A stretch of DNA of 64,000 nucleotides from NCBI GenBank assembly GCA_044892505.1, contig CM097883.1:338520001-338584000 (forward strand), in the 5' to 3' direction. Each line of letters opens with the position of its first letter. Position 1 is the first letter of the stretch. Source of the DNA: Schmidtea nova (lineage: Eukaryota). Of the stretch, positions 24,787 through 37,607 are shown piece by piece. The notes under the pieces were generated by a model. It did no database searches, was not told the origin of the DNA, and worked only from the letters and a program-made list of their open reading frames with translations. The translations under genes were made by a program, and so were the position numbers.

Positions 24787-26936
24787 TATAAAATTAAATA
24801 TTTAAATTTTTTGATTTGTTTTGTTATAATATAATTTTTGTCCAGTTCAACTTTAATAAGAATACAAAAACGCTGCTTCATTAAAGTTGAACTGGACAAA
24901 AATTATATTATAACAAAACAAATCAAAAAATTTAAATATTTAATTTTATAACACAAATTCCAAAAAGTACAAAGCTCTAAATGTTTTTAAATTGGTAGAA
25001 GTTCCTGTTTTTGAAGATTTATTAAATGTACTGAAGGTATTTCCTATAAAAAATATTGACGTAGATGGTTTATTTGGAGAGTACATAAGATTTAAAGAAA
25101 TTATACCAGATCCAGATATACAGAAATTAACATATGAAGAAAAATGGTTAAAAATATTTAAAACATTTAATTCTCCAAATATGCTTAAAATTGTAGAATT
25201 TATTTTTGCGTTACCTCATTCCAGCGCGATGAGTGAACGCATGTTTAGTTTAATGTTTTATGCTTGGAGATCAGATAGAAGTCGTCTCCTTATAAAAATA
25301 TAGAAGCTGAAATCCTCGTGAAGCATAATTTTAATATGAATTGCAAAGAGTTTTACAAATATGTGATTCAGAAAGATAAAATATTAAAAAAACTTAAAGG
25401 AAATGAAAAATATACCTAATCAAATTATAATTAAATGAAGTCCTTGTTATTTGTTTTTTAAATTGTGATACTATCATATAATTAATTTTAATATTTTATT
25501 GAAGTGATATAATTAATTTTTTGTTAAGGCAGAATTAAATACCTTGTGATTTATTTTTTAAATTATTTTATTTTTTAAAATAATTTAATAATTTTATATA
25601 TAACATATTTACTGATAATTAAAATAATAAAAAAAATTACATAACATGTATCTTTAATTGTTTTCTTTTTTATGCTGATCAATTTTTGTATGTACGTTTT
25701 TTTCGAAATTTTTATCTGGCAAGCCTATGTGTACATCTACTTGTTACTCACAGTTACTTTGTTAATATTTTGTGTTACATTTTTATTTAGCCATTTATTT
25801 TTCATTTAGCCATTTTTTTAAAATGGCTATCAGGTAATTTTATTTATCTAGATATCTTTTAATGCTTCTATTTTGATCTTACAATGATATAAGATCACTA
25901 TAGAAGCTTTGAAAGTTTTTCTATATTCTTCAATATTATTTTATTTTATATTTATTAGCTTTTTATGAAAATATGATTTTTTATGAAATTTTTTGGAAGT
26001 ATTTTACAATAAACGTAAGTAAAAATATTTTTTAACAATAGTTTATAAATGAAATTCCATTATATTTGTTCTTCACTTAATTTTGTTTATTTTTAAATAC
26101 TTTCTAGGAAATCATGATTTTTTAACATTTTTTGGGGAATTATTTTCATTTAACGTAAGTTAAAAATCATTTTTAATTAATAATTATTATAATTATTTCT
26201 ATTTTTGAAATAGTTTTTTGGATATTCCAAGAAATAATTTAATTAAGCTTAATTTTTTATTTCAAGAATTGCCAAATTTTATCGTCCTGTATTATATGAG
26301 ACTTCAAAATGATCCAAATTGCAGAGTAAATATGCTTAATTGTCTATAATTTTAAAATAATTAGACGGAATTATTTTTTGGTTACTGAAAAAAGGAAAAT
26401 TTTGTCAAATAATTTTTGGAAATATATGTAATTTTATATTAAAATAAAACTTACGATGTTATTTATCCATTTCCTAGACAACTCCCCTAGAAAATATTCC
26501 AAATATTTACCTAAAAATCATATTTTAAAAATAAATAAATTTATTATAGGACTTTTAAACGCGTAAAAAAGTGCCGGTGAAAGTTTGCATGCAATTTTCA
26601 CTGTGTGTTGTGCTTGTGTGCATAATTTATTTTTTCTCATAGATTGTTTACCACATACTAAAACTTTTAAACGACATAAAATCAACTGTTAACATCAACG
26701 TAAGTTATCATTTTCTATTGGTTATTTATTTTTTATATTATAGATAGTTTTATCGAACGAAAACAAGTGTAATCAAAATTTTTGTTAGACAATCGATCAA
26801 ATTTTTGATTTATATTTTTATGTTAAGAATTTTATGTAATATCAATTCCAAATATTAATTGATCAATATTCAAGAACCACATTATAAGAACAAAATCGAT
26901 AAAATAATTATATATCGAGTTTGTTGCGAATATTAC

Positions 26937-27129
26937 CTGTAATATCGAAATTAGTAACTAGAGCGACATTGCAAGTGTTAGGCAATCGGCTGGTAGATTC
27001 AGGAAATCGAGAAAGCATCTTACATCCGTACAGAGAAAATTTCATTAAAAGACTTGTTTCTAAATAATCTCTAATTTTCTTCATGTGAAAGTAATATTTA
27101 TCGAGATTTATTGACACCAACTCTGCTGC
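26937..27129 (-). CDS. SCLY: Selenocysteine lyase internal exon
   Basis: AAELVSINLDKYYFHMKKIRDYLE...RLPNTCNV...ITG with AG/GT boundaries; 193 nt. Confidence 0.9.
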
Positions 27130-27172
27130 CTATTATTATCAGTTTGTATAAAAAAAGTTGACTAAAAAATAC

Positions 27173-27209
27173 TTTTCCCAATCCAACAATCATTGGAGTG
27201 TTTTCTGTT
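27173..27209 (-). CDS. SCLY: Selenocysteine lyase micro-exon (37 nt)
   Basis: TENTPMIVGLGK between 45-nt and 43-nt GT-AG introns. Confidence 0.9.
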
Positions 27210-27254
27210 CTAAAAATCGTTTTTTCTAAATATTTATATAATAAATTAAGTTAC

Positions 27255-27388
27255 CCAGAACGAAGATTGCCTTCTTGGCCGCCTCCATAAAACATACTTT
27301 TAATGGGTATTCGGCAATCACAAATTTTTTGCTTTCCATTTATATGCAAATTTCGAACGTACAGTGCTCCTATTCGAGGACCATAAAA
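27255..27388 (-). CDS. SCLY: Selenocysteine lyase internal exon
   Basis: FYGPRIGALYVRN...MFYGGGQEGNLRSG with AG/GT boundaries. FYGPRIGALY matches the SCLY form of the motif. Confidence 0.9.
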
Positions 27389-29171
27389 CTAGATATTAAA
27401 ATTAACAATAAAATTTATTTTAATAAATACAGAAGCATTTTTATTTTAATTCTTGAAAAATTTATTTAAAATATATTTTACTGTCAAATTTCTCCTTAAT
27501 ATTTCTAGAATTGGGATTTCAAATATAAATTTTTATAAGCTTAATCGTTATTTAATTTAATACATAAATTTGTTATTACCTAACACCCTGGTACTCTTGA
27601 AACTAATTTCTCTTTCAAAAAATTGCTCTTTAATAATGTCATACAAAACTCTTTCTAATACCATTTACTAGACAATCTAAGGGCGGCTCCGGAAAGTAGA
27701 ACCGCCTATTTAGAAAATATTTATTTATTTTAATAAACAAATTCAAAATCATCATCAAATTTGTAACTTTTAAATATTTTAATTTAAGTGCAAAGATGTA
27801 CCAAAATGACAGCAAACAATAGTAAAAGAATTATTTTCTAATTAAATAATTTGCATATATTTTGCATCACATAATTGTCGTATGGCATTGAAACAGGTGG
27901 TTAATTGCAATAACTTTATGACAGCTGAAAATTTGATTGGAAATAGTTTTGAAAATCAGGAAAATTCATTTATAGAATAATTTTTATAATTACAAATTTT
28001 AATTCGTGTATTTGCAATCAAATAATAACATTATCAGTGAGGTAATAAATATATTCTGATCCCAGCTTTCAGCGTGATATTTGATACTGTTTTTTCGCGT
28101 TATTTTTTCGAACCGTGAATGTAATTGTGTTTAAACAAGACGCAGTTCGATACCAGAATCCGTTTAGAAACAATTTGTATATATTATCGCTAAGTTTCTG
28201 ATATAGGAAAATACATTTTTACGCACAGAAACGCTGTGTAGAAAGTTAAAATTAACACTTTAAATGATTCGTAATATAATTTTTTTCTTAAATTTATATT
28301 TGTGTGTGTGTGTATTGTAAAGGTTTTGACCTTAACGTCTAGTACGTACACGAAAAACGTTCAGAGCACCTTGTATGTATTTTAAAATAAAAAATTATTT
28401 GCAAAATCTCCAAAACATTTATTTTTAAACGAATTTTTGAGGTCCACACATTTTTTTAATACAAACAGTTTGATCTCTAAATTTTGATCTAGTCTTAAAA
28501 TAAAATAAAATCTTCGTTAGCAAATTTAAATAAACTATCTATGTAGTAGTATAAGGTTAATAAATTAAAAATCCAAATTTTCTTGGTGTTACTGAAGAGC
28601 AGACAGAATTAGGGATTTTATACATATAATGTGCATGACTGCATCCGCTTGTCTAAACGTAACCCGATTTCCACGGAATGTCGGTTATTATAATTTTCAA
28701 ATAAAATTTAACTCCCAATGCTTTACAGCGATATGTTTTTTTGTTTGAAACTGGTGTTGATTTCCTAATGCCCAAAGATGTAAGTGATATATCGACCAAC
28801 AACTGCAGTAGGGGATTGGGGGAGTGATCATAAAGACAACGTACACCCTCACCTTCCCTCCCACTAGTGTAAGACAATTTGTCTAAATATTTTTGTTTCA
28901 TATATTATGCATGTATAAAAGTTTCCTCGGCCCTATCCATCCAAAAAATGTGGCTATTTCCAACTAAAAAAAACCATAAAAATATACAGCGAAAATATAC
29001 NNNNNNNNNNNNNNNNNNNNNNNNNNNNNNNNNNNNNNNNNNNNNNNNNNNNNNNNNNNNNNNNNNNNNNNNNNNNNNNNNNNNNNNNNNNNNNNNNNNN
29101 NNNNNNNNNNNNNNNNNNNNNNNNNNNNNNNNNNNNNNNNNNNNNNNNNNNNNNNNNNNNNNNNNNNNNNN

Positions 29172-30159
29172 CAAATATATATATATTTTGCACAATATAT
29201 TTCGAGAACTTCATCAGGTGCTACCAATGTTACATCCAAATATAAATCAAATAAATCGATTTTTTCGAAAAAATTAGTAATAATTTTTAAAATAAAATAT
29301 ATATTTTAAATTTTATTATAGTCAAAAAATTTAAATCGAAATAAAATTTTTAAATTTAAATAAATTAATCTTAAAAATATAATATTCTTTTATTTTTATA
29401 CAAAAAAATATTTTTTTTAAGAATATATTATAAATATTTTCATATTTATAAACAACAGAATGATTGAAAACGAAATCCATAATCCCCAATTGAAAATGCT
29501 CTAAAACTCGACTACAGAAAAGACGGTCAGTCTTGTCCAAAGTATGTGGCATTACGCCCATGACATTTGAAAAATTAAACGAGTATAGAACACAAATCAA
29601 AAGAAGAAAATAAACATCATCAACAACCACATCAGTTAATTTACTTAAACCGCAAAAAATGAGGCAACACACGGACTCAAAACTCTCACACTCACATATT
29701 CACAAACAACGATACGACTGAAAACAACGCTAAATCCTAATAATTGACTTCGCTCTGAAACTCGAATACAGAGAAGACTGCACTCGAGTTTTAGAACATT
29801 TTCAATTGGGGATTATGGATTTCGTTTTCAATCATTCTGTTGTTTATAAATATGAAAATATTTATAATATATTCCTAAAAAAAATATTTTTTTGTATAAA
29901 AATAAAAGAATATTATATTTTTAAGATTAATTTATTTAAATTAAAAACTTTTAAATTCGATATAAATTTTTTGACTATAATAAAATTTAAAATATATATT
30001 TTATTTTAAAAATTATTACTAATTTGTTCGAAAAAATCGATTTATTTGATTTATATTTGGATGTAACATTGGTAGCACCTGATGATGAGTATTAAGTTCT
30101 CGAAATATATTGTGCAAAATATATATTTGGATTGGCGTTTGTTGTTAATTATATTAATG
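29172..30159. mobile_element. Penelope-like element remnant: degenerate GIY-YIG 3' end plus pLTR, with an inverted partial copy
   Basis: The minus strand near 29500-29600 reads C..NATYFG/KTDR.FCSRVLEH across a frameshift. 29172-29510 is inverted against 29783-30130. Hammerhead in the pLTR; flanked by gaps. Confidence 0.75.
30075..30115 (+). ncRNA. Minimal type I hammerhead ribozyme with canonical CUGAUGA/GAAA core
   Basis: GCAC-CTGATGA-T-GAG-TATTAAGTT-CTC-GAAA-TATAT-T-GTGC: stem I GCAC/GTGC, stem II GAG/CTC, palindromic stem III. Confidence 0.8.
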
Positions 30160-30628
30160 NNNNNNNNNNNNNNNNNNNNNNNNNNNNNNNNNNNNNNNNN
30201 NNNNNNNNNNNNNNNNNNNNNNNNNNNNNNNNNNNNNNNNNNNNNNNNNNNNNNNNNNNNNNNNNNNNNNNNNNNNNNNNNNNNNNNNNNTGACACAGAT
30301 AAAACACTACTGAACACATAAACATTATTTATTGAGAGTTTTTGAGTTTTTGACATTTTAAGTTCGATGGACATATTGCACAATTTTTTTTTGAAAAACA
30401 TATTAGCAATCAATGAGTTATTAGCATTAAAATATTTTAAATAAATAGAATCAATCATTGTAACTTAGTATATACCACCTGAATCCGTGCAACCAACCCT
30501 GTGTAGAACACGAGCATTAAGTGTTCTTCCTTACCATTGCATCATTGAAATATTGAACACCATTTCTAACAACATTTATATGGATAACAAGTTAAATTTA
30601 TAAAGGTAAAAATTTCAAATCGAATCTA

Positions 30629-31924
30629 CGTGGTTGGTTCATTAAGTACCTGCAGTCGGTATCAAAAACAAAAGATATTGACAAAACACATTTATTTTTA
30701 GAATCTACGACATGTCTAGGCTTATTTTTCAATGTAAGAGCCATTGTTCTCAATACACTTTTTCCAACGAACAAGAAGTTCTAAAAACCCGTTATTGTAG
30801 AACGATTTTGGTTTTTCGTCGAAGAATTTTGTTACTTCCTCCTTTAGTGAATCACTAGAAACAAAGAATTTACCAGCCAAGTGTTTCTTCAAATGTCTAA
30901 ATAAATAGAAATCACTTGGAGCCAGATCAGGACTATAAGCAGGATGTTCCAATGTTGAAAAGCCACATCGAACAATTTTCTCCGACACAAGTTTTGATGC
31001 ATGAATTGGAGCATTGTCGTGATGCAGCCACAAATTTGTGTTTTTCTTTTTTCGTCGAAGCTTCCGAGTTTGTTCAATGAGATTAGAATAATAAACACTG
31101 TTAATTTTAACTTGTTTATCTGCGAAATCAATATTGATTATTCCATCACTATCCCAAAAAATCGAGAGCATCAAATTTCGACGGTGAATGGTTCCAGATT
31201 TCAGCTTCTTTGTCGGCTTTTCATCTAGAAACTTCCATTCTGCTGAAGATCTTTTACTTTCTGGAATATAAAGACTTAGTGGTGTCTCGTCTTCCGTTAT
31301 AATGTTTTTCAAAAATGACTCACCATGTTCCTCGAACAGTGCAAAATTGTGTTCACAAATCATTAGCCTTTTTTCACACAATTCAGCGGATAAAAAATAA
31401 GGAACAAACCTGCTGCACAACTTCCGCACACCCATCTCTTTTATCGTTTCATGACACTTACCGACACTGACATTGACCTCCTTCGCCAAATTTTTTACTG
31501 TAATCCTTCGTTCGTCTTTAATTAACGATTCAATCTGATTTTTCTTTCTGTCTTCATCAATTTCAATCGGTCTTCCTTGCTTTGATTCATCAATAACTGA
31601 CATTCTTCCACTTTTGAATTCACTAATCCAATAATAAATAGTTCTATCACATGGACAGTCTTCTTTATACGTCTCTTGGAGCATTGCTAAAATCTCTAAT
31701 CTTGAAGCCTCGCGCATTACAAAAAACTGAATCACCGACCGATATTCAATGCTTAAAATTGCCATATTTTGAATGATTAAATATTTGCTCTAAACAAATA
31801 TTGGTTAAATAAAACAAAATGAAGATTTCTAACCTTTTATAAATTCTCTACAACGGAAACATAAATTTGTTATAATATCTCTTATTTTTGATATCGAGTG
31901 CAAGTACTTCGTGAACCAACCACG
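30629..31924 (-). mobile_element. Full-length mariner transposon (1296 bp)
   Basis: TA TSDs and ~35-bp imperfect TIRs starting CGTGGTTGGTTCA. Confidence 0.95.
30722..31765 (-). CDS. Mariner D,D34D transposase, uninterrupted 347 aa
   Basis: ITEDET, HHDNAPIH and YSPDLAPSDFYLF motifs; FVPYFL in place of WVPHEL. Confidence 0.95.
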   Translation of the reverse strand: MAILSIEYRSVIQFFVMREASRLEILAMLQETYKEDCPCDRTIYYWISEFKSGRMSVIDESKQGRPIEIDEDRKKNQIESLIKDERRITVKNLAKEVNVSVGKCHETIKEMGVRKLCSRFVPYFLSAELCEKRLMICEHNFALFEEHGESFLKNIITEDETPLSLYIPESKRSSAEWKFLDEKPTKKLKSGTIHRRNLMLSIFWDSDGIINIDFADKQVKINSVYYSNLIEQTRKLRRKKKNTNLWLHHDNAPIHASKLVSEKIVRCGFSTLEHPAYSPDLAPSDFYLFRHLKKHLAGKFFVSSDSLKEEVTKFFDEKPKSFYNNGFLELLVRWKKCIENNGSYIEK

Positions 31925-33958
31925 TATCATTGTGTTTATTATTAACCTTTAGATGTCAGTTGTGGTATATACAGGGTGGCCCAATAGTCACTCGATCATT
32001 TTAAATATAATTTTATAATATCATAGTATAATTTCATCAAGTTTTGATAAATACCAGTAATACTTAATTTTTATCGTTGCTTGTACATCTTTGAAATTGA
32101 AAAAAAAGATTTTCACTCCTCCCAAGAAATTTGTAAATAAAAATAATGATTTTTATTACTGTATTAATTTAAAAGCTACAAAATTAATTATCATAATCAT
32201 CCATATTTTCCAGTCTGGAGTTAAAGTGGTCTTTTATTCATATATTTATAATGGGTAACTTTCTGCACGAGAAAAGGATAATTTTTAAACACAAAAACTT
32301 AGAAGTCATATTTAATACTATATTAAAGAATGAAAGTCAAGTGCCTTTTCTAGTAAGCCTTAGGAAGTCGGCGTACACCACCAGTTAAGAACCGCTGGTA
32401 TAGACACAAATGTGATATGATTCAATGATGTTGGTATAATTAGCATATAGAAAATCCTTTTTACCCATCGAGCGAGACCTTGAATTGGCAATAATTTGGA
32501 AATGCTTTGACACATCCTATCGATGTGCTGCAGATTTTATATATCTTTCTAGACACAGTACTGTTGCAGTTTTTGTAAAGCATTAAAAGCAAAAAGTAAA
32601 TAGAAAATAAACTTTGAAAAAATAATAAAAAATTTTTTGTGAAGAGATTACTGAATTGGTTCGCAAAAAAAGTACAATGTTATGAAAGCTTCTCGTTCAC
32701 CATTCAATTAGATAATTATTAGATAATTAAATTCCACGATTGACCTGATAAAATATTAACTATTTACCAGTACAATTATTTAAATACAGAATGACAAAAA
32801 AATGCATATTTGTCAATAAATGCAAAAGTATAGAAAAATGATCGATATAAAACAAATAAACAGAGGGACGAGCGAATTTTGTGCAAACAAGAATCAACTG
32901 CCCAATTGACGTTCAGGATAATCAATACGCAAAAAACGCGCTGCGCTAGTGACCATCTGGGTACACTGTTAACTGGTTATCAATAAAAAACTGACACAAT
33001 AAATGCAGAATTTTTTGCACCAAAATTTTCGCATTATTACTTCAGATTAAAAAAAAGTAAAGTTTGTAAATTTAAATAATTAAGTTGTCAAAGAATTCCA
33101 ACGAATTCCGTAACCTGATTTTACGATAATCATTGAGAAATCCTCATACACGACGCACCGCAAAGGTTTCATAGAAAACTAATTAAAGTATGCAAGTTAA
33201 ACCAAGCATTAATTAATTATTTAAAAATAATGGAAAAAAATACTGAAATTTTATCCAGAAAAAATATATTCGGAAAAGAAGTTAATTAAAATGATATCAT
33301 GTAGATTTGAGAAATGAAATCATAATCAAGCTACAAATGGAAATTGGCAATAAATAAGCAAAATTTCCATCTATTTAAAACAAAATTAATTCGAAAGTAA
33401 ACTGAATTGTTTATAATTTACATTTCTAAAAATTAATGCATTTAAAAAGAAAAAAAATCTATTGACAAAATTAAAACTTAGAAACATTAATAAAGTAATT
33501 CTGTTCCAGTAAATATTTTTATTCGATTTCTTTGAAGTTATATCATAAAATTGTATTACACAGCTACATAGAATTTGTGAATAGTAGACTATTGTTAGAG
33601 TTATTTATTTGATAATCGAGAATTTACAACCAATAAAACTTTGCTGCACACGACTTCTATTGTTATTTATTAATTATTTAGTATTTAATTAATGATGCTA
33701 CCAAGAAACCGTAATTTGATATTGTAAGAGTTGTACAAAATTAGGATCAATTGTAATATTTCATACTTCATCATAAATGGATAATTTGTGATCTTTTTTC
33801 ATAATACAAGTTCAGATAAATGTTTTTATACAAATAGATTTAATATATTAGCAGGAGAATAAAAAACAAAATATGAAATTATCTTTTATTCATCATCTAC
33901 TATATTATCATATTCAACAAACAGTTCAATTATTTTATAGAAAGCTTTTTCTCTAATT

Positions 33959-35021
33959 TAGTGATTACAAAACCGGTAAACGGTTAACCGGTTTTACCGG
34001 CCAATTTGATTACCGAAATTACCGGTAAATTTAAAAAGAAATTACCGGTTCTTTCGGTAATTTTTTAAAAATTATTTCAATATTATCCTTGAAAAATAAC
34101 TGAACAATATTTTAAATTCATATCCGTTATCCAAATTCACCAATTAAAATTGTATGTCCTGAAAATTGTGTTAATTTTTAAATATTATTTTAAATATTTG
34201 TTTAAGTATTTCTTAATTCTGTTAATTTAAATGCTTGATGAATTGTCTGCACAAAGTAGTACTCTAAGCAGAGAATTAAAATATGAATTAATTTTACGAG
34301 TACAAGAGAGTAGCACAAGTTCTTCCAATGTTATCCAGTTTTTACATAATCCGCTTGAATTTAGGAATATTCATCTAGACTCTAGTGGTGTTGATCCAAC
34401 GACTTCAAATACATTATCAGATGACTGAGTCATTATGACTGATTCATTGGGTTCATTATTCTATTCACTGTCATTTATAACGTTTAAGAGTTCTATAAAA
34501 GACACAATACTTTATGTAATTTCAGGTTTATTAAATTTAATTTAATTTAATAAACCTGAAATTACAAAAAATATTGTGTCTTTTATAGAACTCTTAAACG
34601 TTATAAATGACAGTGAATAGAATAATAAATCCAATGAATCAGTCATAATGACTCAGTCATCTGATGATCGTGTATCTGAAGTCGTTGGATCAACACCACT
34701 ATCCATGAAAGGCAAGTTGCAATTGGTTATGAAACAAAAAATTGACTTAAAATTAAATAAAATTCCCCGCGCTCCAATAACAAAAAACGCCACAACCTTA
34801 ACAAAACTGGTTTAAAAGAAATCGCTGTGTTTGAAGAGGAACAAAGCCGTGGTAAATATTTAACGCTGGCGTTCAACCATCTTTCATCAATTAAACCAAC
34901 GAGTGTTGAATCCGAGCGAGCTTTTTCATCAGCGGGGGTAATATGTACAAAAATAAGATCCAGACTTAGAGATACCACAATAGATATGATCTGTTTGCTC
35001 TGTGCATATTTCAACGCATAA
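33959..35021 (+). pseudogene. hAT element remnant (left end with ACCGG subterminal repeats; transposase C-terminal fragments)
   Basis: TAGTGATTACAAAACCGG start. Peptides QFLHNP and IKPTSVESERAFSSAG...RSRLRDTTIDMIC. Right end not identified. Confidence 0.75.
34383..34701. repeat. ~150-bp-arm imperfect fold-back inversion inside the hAT coding remnant
   Basis: TAGTGGTGTTGATCCAACGACTTC...GAAGTCGTTGGATCAACACCACTA, centred near 34542. Confidence 0.85.
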
Positions 35022-35384
35022 AAAGATGTTCTAAAAGATATTTAAATGATTTTTTATTATTGAATAAATTATTGTATATTATTAGGATTTTCATCTTTTG
35101 AAAAGTGACAATTAATTGAGTCGCATAATAAGTCCATAAAATTTATTTCAATACAATTATTAAAAACTTAACTGGTTTTAATTTGTTTCGATATTTAAAC
35201 AAATTAACCATTTTTATTTTTTTTTATTTTAAATTTTTCAATTTGAAATATTTTTCAATTTTAACTTTTAAATTTAAAATATTTTCTAAATTTTAATTAT
35301 ACATTTTCAATATTTTGTAACCAATAACTTAAAAAATTTTGATTTATTTTTCCGTTAATCTATATAAAATAAGAATTCAATTAA

Positions 35385-35574
35385 CACATTGAGTGCAATG
35401 AGAAGCATAGCATGTCTCTCAAGTACTGTAGACATTCAGGCCACATGAAACCGGGTTTGTCTCATACCATTTCTCAACTGAGGCCACAAACATTGCTTCT
35501 CAATTATATGCAAATTAAAAGGATATTTGGCCTGGAGAGTCAAAGATTTCTGTAGTATTGCGGAGTCCAATGTG
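35385..35574. mobile_element. piggyBac-type MITE
   Basis: TTAA-CACATTG...CAATGTG-TTAA. Confidence 0.7.
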
Positions 35575-37014
35575 TTAATATAAACGTTCTATAAAATATA
35601 GAAAGTAATGCAAATGGAAAAAGATTTCAGTTTTCACAAATTTCAAATACAGATTTCCTTTCTTATTCCCTTCCTTTACATTCCAAATATATCGGAGGGA
35701 TTTATAAATATTTCGATACAAATATATGAATAATATGGACATATGTGAAGGATGATAATAAAAGTGACGACTAAAAAATTATGAAATTGAGTCAAAAATA
35801 GTTACTTATAGACAAAAAATTTATTTCATTGGCAAATTAATGTAAATGTGCCAAAAAATAAAGGAATTTTAGAACAAATTAACCGTTTATGCAAAGTAAT
35901 AAAAGTACAGACACATGACGGCAGTCCTTAAAGGCCGCTATCACTGTTAGAAATTTTTCTTGGCGCTGAACTTGTTAATCATATTATTTGATCAATCTTG
36001 ATGGGAAATAAAGATCCATTGTCTTTTCCAAGGACGATAAAGATGTTACTAATCAAGATTGTTTAATTCCTACATCTATTTTGCACAGTTTTAATTACTA
36101 TGAAAATTTGCTTTTTTATATTGTTATTTTAGAGATTTAAAAACAACTTTATATTTTTAAATTATTTTTGAAAAAACCATCATTTGGCCTTATTAATTAG
36201 TTTTTTTTTTGAAAGACTGAGATTAATTCAAGTCTTTACTTTCCACAGCTTTGTATTACTGTAACACAGAATTCCGAATAAGAATTTATTTCTAAAATTG
36301 AACAAGAACTCATTAGACTTTATCTTTTATAATTAATCGAAATGCGTATTTTCAAAACAGACGTTGAGGAGACAATAATTCTACATAAGTCAACTTTATT
36401 AATGTCGACGAATAATAACATAATTAAAATTGTATCATGGCATTTAATCAACAAGTTTATTGTACAGGATTATAAACAAAAAATCATTGTTTACTATCGG
36501 AACGGAAATAATTTCGTTACATATGTAAATATTTAGCCTATAAATTTAATAAAAAGGCGCATAAAATCAACACGGATAAAAGACATAAAAGTTGAAATAA
36601 TATCATATATATTTACAGATAATATAGTGCATTTATTATGAAATATATAAATAATACTTTTGTAAACAATATACCTTTGTTATTTTTCGGCATTTTTATT
36701 AAATTTTATTCGCTTTAATTCGACACTTACGACAAATATCGTCTTAATAAAAATTAGGATTTGCTGTACTTATGTAGAATTATATATTTACTGTTGAAGG
36801 TTCAAGATGAAATGTAAAATGAAAATATGCATGTAATGTGTCAATGAAGAGAGGGGTTTATCTTATAACATACATCTTTGTCTGTCTGTTATTATTTAAA
36901 TTACACTTATTGTTCTGTGTATTACTTTATATAATCAGTAGATAAAATCTTGGACATAAAATAATAGCATTATCATCTTTTATTTTGTTCATCTATGACC
37001 TATTCTTGTATTAA

Positions 37015-37222
37015 CTTTCATCCGTGTCTCGGATCTATTTCGACCCAAACGAAAATTTTTCATATTGAATTTATGTGGAATATTTTATTCTCTTCTATTT
37101 CAATTTATTAACATTAAATTACCAAAAATATAAAATATATTGTTTTTTAATATAAATCCATATATGGGTCTATATTGACCCAAGGAACTTTAATGTTACT
37201 TATTTTGAGGAATGGGCGAAGG
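37015..37222. mobile_element. Degenerate piggyBac-type MITE
   Basis: TTAA flanks, imperfect TIR CTTTCATCC/CCTTCGCCC, and internal GGGTC..TTGACCC motifs. Confidence 0.55.
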
Positions 37223-37504
37223 TTAATTGTTTTGTTAATTTTTTCCAAAGGGATTATAATATAAGTATTTTACAAAATAAAAGTAAAGAATAAAATTTAA
37301 TAAATTTCATTTATAACTATCTCGTCTTCTTCAGAGACATTTATGTCATTTTGATCGTTTACTGAGTTAAGCATTTTTTTCTAAATTGAAGTTCTAATCT
37401 TTCGTGTCGAAAAAATATAACTTTATTCAAATGTATGATTTGGAAATGCGCAATTTAAGGCAGACGTGATCATTTCATGTGTTATTTTATCCCAAGATCG
37501 TTTC

Positions 37505-37572
37505 AGTAAGGATAAGAAAGCGCACTGAACCACTTTTTTACATAGCAACGGTTGCCAATGTAAACAAACACA

Positions 37573-37607
<35 letters not shown>

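Larger units (their letters stand above)
24178..25727 (+). mobile_element. hAT (Blackjack-like) deletion derivative with a C-terminal transposase remnant at 24992-25419
   Basis: TIR TAGGCTTGCCAG/CTGGCAAGCCTA and perfect 8-bp TSD TGTGTACA. LPHSSAMSERMFSLM...W dimerisation motif followed by an in-frame TAG. Confidence 0.9.

Noticed and set aside
24858-24879. Hammerhead in the loop of the second hairpin
   Set aside because: No CUGANGA or UUGANAA core with matching stems on either strand.
31973-32397. Isolated TIR-like ends (CAGGGTGGCCCA, Tc1-like; GTTAAGAACCGCTG, hAT-like)
   Set aside because: No partner end or TSD found.
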